Positions 60,459 through 64,000 of a stretch of 64,000 nucleotides of DNA are shown here, piece after piece. Source of the stretch: an uncultured Oxalicibacterium sp. (GTDB lineage Bacteria; Pseudomonadota; Gammaproteobacteria; Burkholderiales; Burkholderiaceae_D); assembly GCF_913776015.1 (NCBI RefSeq), contig NZ_CAJYMD010000067.1:66274-130273 (forward strand). Reading direction: 5' to 3'. Numbering within the stretch: the stretch's first letter is position 1; each line of letters opens with the position of its first letter. Below the pieces are notes generated by a model. That model was given only the letters and a program-made list of their open reading frames with translations, searched no databases and was not told the DNA's origin. The position numbers and the translations under genes are program-made.

Positions 60459-61496
60459 ATGTCCTCTCATCCCCAGCCGGATCGCGCTTCCGATGCGCGT
60501 CTGCAAGCCATCAAAACCTGGCTTTCCTCACTCGCTTCGCCTTCCTTGCAAGTCGAGTCGATTCGCCCTGCCTCCGCCGACGCCAGCTTTCGACGCTATT
60601 TCCGCGTCGATGGCAGCAACGGCAGCAGCTATATTGTCATGGATGCCCCGCCGCCACAGGAGGACGTGCGTCCTTTCCTGCACGTCGCCAAACTGTTCGG
60701 CGAAACCGGCGTTTCCGTACCGGCCATCATGGCGGAAGATATCGACAACGGCTTTCTGCTGCTGAGCGATCTCGGCAACACCACCTATCTGCAGCAACTG
60801 GCGCCGGATACGGCCCACAAGCTGTACATGGATGCCATCGACACGCTGCTCCTGCTGCAAACGCAAAGTCGTCCCGATGCGTTGCCCGAATACGATCGTG
60901 CCATGCTGCTACGCGAGATGAATCTGTTCCCCGAGTGGTATATCGGCAAGCATCTCGGCCTGACGCTGAACGAGAAACAGCAAGCCACGCTGAACAGCAT
61001 GTTCGATCTGCTACTGGCCAATAATCTGGCGCAACCGCAGGTTTATGTGCATCGCGACTATCATTCGCGCAATCTGATGGTGCTGTCACAAGGCAATCCG
61101 GGCATTCTGGATTTTCAGGACGCCGTGTTCGGTCCGATCACCTACGATCTGGCTTCGCTGCTGCGCGATGCCTATATCCAGTGGGATGAAGAACTCGTGC
61201 TCGACTGGGTCATCCGTTACTGGGAAAGGGCGCGTCGCGCCGGCCTACCAGTCGACCCCGATATCGACCATTTTTACCGCGACTTCGAATTCATGGGCCT
61301 GCAGCGCCATCTGAAAGTACTCGGCATTTTTGCGCGCCTTTACCATCGTGATGGCAAGGATGGCTACCTGAAAGATTTGCCGCTCGTGATGGAATACACA
61401 CGCAAGGTCGTTTACCGTTACAAGGAACTGGCACCGCTGAGCCGCCTGCTCGACGAACTTGAAAACAAGGCACCGGCCGTCGGCTACACTTTCTGA
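60459..61496 (+). CDS. amgK: N-acetylmuramate/N-acetylglucosamine anomeric kinase (APH-like fold)
   Basis: ASADASFRRYFR, HRDYHSRNLM, LDFQDA, YDLASLL, QRHLKVLGIFARL; adjacent to murU and divergent from lptD. Confidence 0.88.
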   Translation: MSSHPQPDRASDARLQAIKTWLSSLASPSLQVESIRPASADASFRRYFRVDGSNGSSYIVMDAPPPQEDVRPFLHVAKLFGETGVSVPAIMAEDIDNGFLLLSDLGNTTYLQQLAPDTAHKLYMDAIDTLLLLQTQSRPDALPEYDRAMLLREMNLFPEWYIGKHLGLTLNEKQQATLNSMFDLLLANNLAQPQVYVHRDYHSRNLMVLSQGNPGILDFQDAVFGPITYDLASLLRDAYIQWDEELVLDWVIRYWERARRAGLPVDPDIDHFYRDFEFMGLQRHLKVLGIFARLYHRDGKDGYLKDLPLVMEYTRKVVYRYKELAPLSRLLDELENKAPAVGYTF

Positions 61497-61550
61497 CTCC
61501 CATCCTGCAACAATACTCGCGACGGAAACGCCGCACGGAGCATCACTCGC

Positions 61551-62267
61551 ATGAAGGCAATGATTCTTGCCGCGGGGCGTGGCGAACGCATGCGCCCCCT
61601 GACCGACACCTGCCCCAAGCCACTGCTGAAAGTACGCGGCCGCCCGCTCATCGTCTGGCAGATTCTCAATCTGGTACGAGCCGGGATTACCGACATCGTC
61701 ATCAATCACGCTCATCTTGGCCACATGATCGAGCAAGCGCTGGGAACGGGCGAGCAGTTTGGTGCGCGGATTCTTTATTCGCCGGAGGCACAGGCGCTGG
61801 AGACCGCTGGCGGCATTGCAAACGCTCGCCATCTGCTGGGCGAGGAACCTTTCATCGCGGTCTCGGGCGATATCTATACGCCACACTTCGATTACACAGA
61901 ACTCATCAGTGCACTCGAAGATAACGATTTGTGGGGCAATCCGCTGCCGACGGATCAACGCGATGTGGCATGGCTGTATCTGGTCAAGAACCCGCCCTTC
62001 CATCCGCATGGCGATTTCGCCCTGCACAATTTTTCGCTGGCAAATGAAGGCGAGGAAAAGCTGACGTTTGCCAACATCGGCATCTATCGTCCGCAAATGT
62101 TCGATGGCATTACGCCGGGCGAACACGCCAAACTCGGTTCGCTGCTGCGCGAATATGCGGCGCGCGGACAGATCGGCGGCGATATCTATCGCGGCCAGTG
62201 GCATAACGTCGGCACCATCGAACAACTGGAAGAACTGAATTTGCCGCCCGGAGGAAACCGTCCATGA
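61551..62267 (+). CDS. murU: N-acetylmuramate alpha-1-phosphate uridylyltransferase
   Basis: MKAMILAAGRGERMRPLTD.CPKPLL, LETAGG, W.NVGT. Confidence 0.9.
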   Translation: MKAMILAAGRGERMRPLTDTCPKPLLKVRGRPLIVWQILNLVRAGITDIVINHAHLGHMIEQALGTGEQFGARILYSPEAQALETAGGIANARHLLGEEPFIAVSGDIYTPHFDYTELISALEDNDLWGNPLPTDQRDVAWLYLVKNPPFHPHGDFALHNFSLANEGEEKLTFANIGIYRPQMFDGITPGEHAKLGSLLREYAARGQIGGDIYRGQWHNVGTIEQLEELNLPPGGNRP

Positions 62268-63610
62268 GCATCAACATCACGCCATTCGTCACACGTCGTG
62301 CCCGCCTGATCGCGCAGATGCAGGCAAAAGGCGGCGGTATTGCCATCATTCCGACCGCCCCAGAAGTCATGCGCAACCGCGATGCCGAATATCCGTATCG
62401 CCATGACAGCTACTTCTACTATCTTTCCGGCTTCACCGAACCGGAAGCCGTGATCGTGCTGGTCGCCGGCGCAAAGCCGCAAAGCATCCTGTTCTGCCGC
62501 GAAAAGAATCTGGAACGCGAAATCTGGGACGGCTTCCGCTACGGCCCCGAGGCTGCACGTGCCGCATTCGGCTTCGATGCCGCCTACGCGATCGATACCA
62601 TCGACACGGAACTCCCAAAGCTGATGGCGAATGCGCAGGCGCTGTACTACGCGCTGGGCAGCGACAGCAAACTCGACGCACAAGTCCAGCGCTGGCTGCA
62701 ATCGGTACGCACGCAAGCGCGTGCCGGTGTGACGCCACCGTCCGCCGCGTACGACGTCCAGATCATGCTCGACGAGATGCGCCTGATCAAGGATGCGAGC
62801 GAGATCGACCTCATGCAGCGTTCGGCCGATATTGCCGCCGCGGCACATCGTCGCGCCATGCAAATCGCGCGTCCGGGCTTGCGTGAATATCATCTGGAAG
62901 CAGAAATTCTGCATGAATTCCGTCGCAGCGGTTCGCAGTTCCCCGCCTACGGCTCGATCGTCGCCACGGGTGCCAATGCCTGTGTGCTGCACTACCGCGC
63001 CAGCGATACCGAGCTCAAGAATGGCGATTTGATACTGATCGATGCCGGCTGCGAACTCGATAGCTATGCTTCCGACATCACACGCACATTCCCGGCCAAT
63101 GGCACATTCAGCGGTCCGCAAAAGGAACTGTATGAACTCGTGCTTGCGGCCCAAGATGCCGCCATCGCAGAAACACGACCCGGCAAACGCTTCATGGATG
63201 CCCACGATGCCGCCGTACGCATTCTCGCGCAAGGCATGCTGGATACCGGCCTGCTGGACAAGAAAAAGGTTGGCACACTCGACGATGTGATCGAAAAAGG
63301 CGACTACCGCCAGTTCTACATGCATCGCACCGGCCATTGGCTGGGCATGGATGTCCATGACGTAGGCGATTATCGCGATGCCGCCGCGCCGGGTGTCGAT
63401 CGTCCATGGCGCACGCTGCAGGCGGGCATGGTCGTCACTGTCGAGCCAGGCATTTACGTACGGCCTGCCGAGGGTGTACCCGAACAGTATTGGGACATCG
63501 GCATTCGCATCGAAGACGATGTCCTTGTCACCGCGAACGGCATGCACATCCTGAGCGCGGCCGCACCCAAGACGGTCGCCGACATCGAAGCGTTGATGAA
63601 CAATGCGTAA
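62264..63610 (+). CDS. pepP: Xaa-Pro aminopeptidase
   Basis: LHY, IDAG, DITRTFP, HRTGHWLGMDVHD, TVEPG, GIRIEDD. Confidence 0.95.
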   Translation: MSINITPFVTRRARLIAQMQAKGGGIAIIPTAPEVMRNRDAEYPYRHDSYFYYLSGFTEPEAVIVLVAGAKPQSILFCREKNLEREIWDGFRYGPEAARAAFGFDAAYAIDTIDTELPKLMANAQALYYALGSDSKLDAQVQRWLQSVRTQARAGVTPPSAAYDVQIMLDEMRLIKDASEIDLMQRSADIAAAAHRRAMQIARPGLREYHLEAEILHEFRRSGSQFPAYGSIVATGANACVLHYRASDTELKNGDLILIDAGCELDSYASDITRTFPANGTFSGPQKELYELVLAAQDAAIAETRPGKRFMDAHDAAVRILAQGMLDTGLLDKKKVGTLDDVIEKGDYRQFYMHRTGHWLGMDVHDVGDYRDAAAPGVDRPWRTLQAGMVVTVEPGIYVRPAEGVPEQYWDIGIRIEDDVLVTANGMHILSAAAPKTVADIEALMNNA

Positions 63611-64000
63611 CGCTCCGCAAACCTTCGACATTGCCATTTGTGGTGCCGGCCCGGTCGGACTGGCACTTGCCGCCCTGCTAATTCAGCAGGGACAGCGTGC
63701 CGAAGGTATGGCACTGATCGATGCGCGCCCGGCGGCGCAAGCCATGCGTGATCCGCGCTCGATCGCGCTATCATGGGGCAGCCGCCAGATTCTGGAACAG
63801 ATCGCGGCCTGGCCCGCTGCCGCGACGGCCATCGAACAGATTCACGTCTCGCGGCGCGGTCATTTCGGCCGCACCATGATCGATCGTGCCGATTACGGCT
63901 TACCGGCACTGGGATATGTGCTGCGCTACGGCAGCATTGTCGAAACACTGGAAAACCGGCTGGCGGGTAGCGCGCTGCATGTCGTCCGCCCCGCTTCGGT
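63603..64000 (+). CDS. ubiH: UbiH/UbiF/VisC-family FAD-dependent hydroxylase; runs off the right edge
   Basis: Hand translation gives MRNAPQTFDIAICGAGPVGL...RSIALSWGS...IEQIHVS...ALGYV; follows pepP. Confidence 0.8.
   Translation, partial: MRNAPQTFDIAICGAGPVGLALAALLIQQGQRAEGMALIDARPAAQAMRDPRSIALSWGSRQILEQIAAWPAAATAIEQIHVSRRGHFGRTMIDRADYGLPALGYVLRYGSIVETLENRLAGSALHVVRPAS

Overview
A 64-kb chromosomal window of a betaproteobacterium. An Oxalobacteraceae-like identity is inferred from gene order and protein style, not from a database search. Bases 1-15 kb hold a complete assimilatory nitrate/nitrite cluster (ybiB-like, nasA, nirD, nirB, narK, nasFED, nasT). Its regulatory layer is readable in the DNA: up to four sigma54 -24/-12 promoters, NtrC-type GCAC-N7-GTGC sites, and a tandem-hairpin ANTAR attenuator ahead of nasF. 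The cluster also carries unexplained passengers: a soluble NarX/PilJ-sensor + chemoreceptor-tip mini-protein and a tail-anchored PP2C phosphatase/Ser-Thr kinase fusion. No NasS partner for NasT is present in the window. The rest is mostly conserved Burkholderiales backbone: tsaD, plsY, ybaK, xerD, ogt, tctABC, tsaE, amiC, mutL, miaA, tRNA-Met, dps, miaB-phoH-ybeY-corC-lnt-glyQS-gmhB-plsC, gloA, lptD-surA-pdxA-rsmA, amgK-murU-pepP-ubiH. Accessory or hidden items are a low-GC GIY-YIG nuclease gene next to katG, a candidate ~190-nt structured RNA upstream of ogt-xerD, a solo DctP beside a DctSR-like two-component system, an orphan double-transmitter hybrid kinase after tRNA-Met, and a 42-aa membrane micro-protein between ybeY and corC. 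No CRISPR array, integrase, transposase or rRNA was seen.
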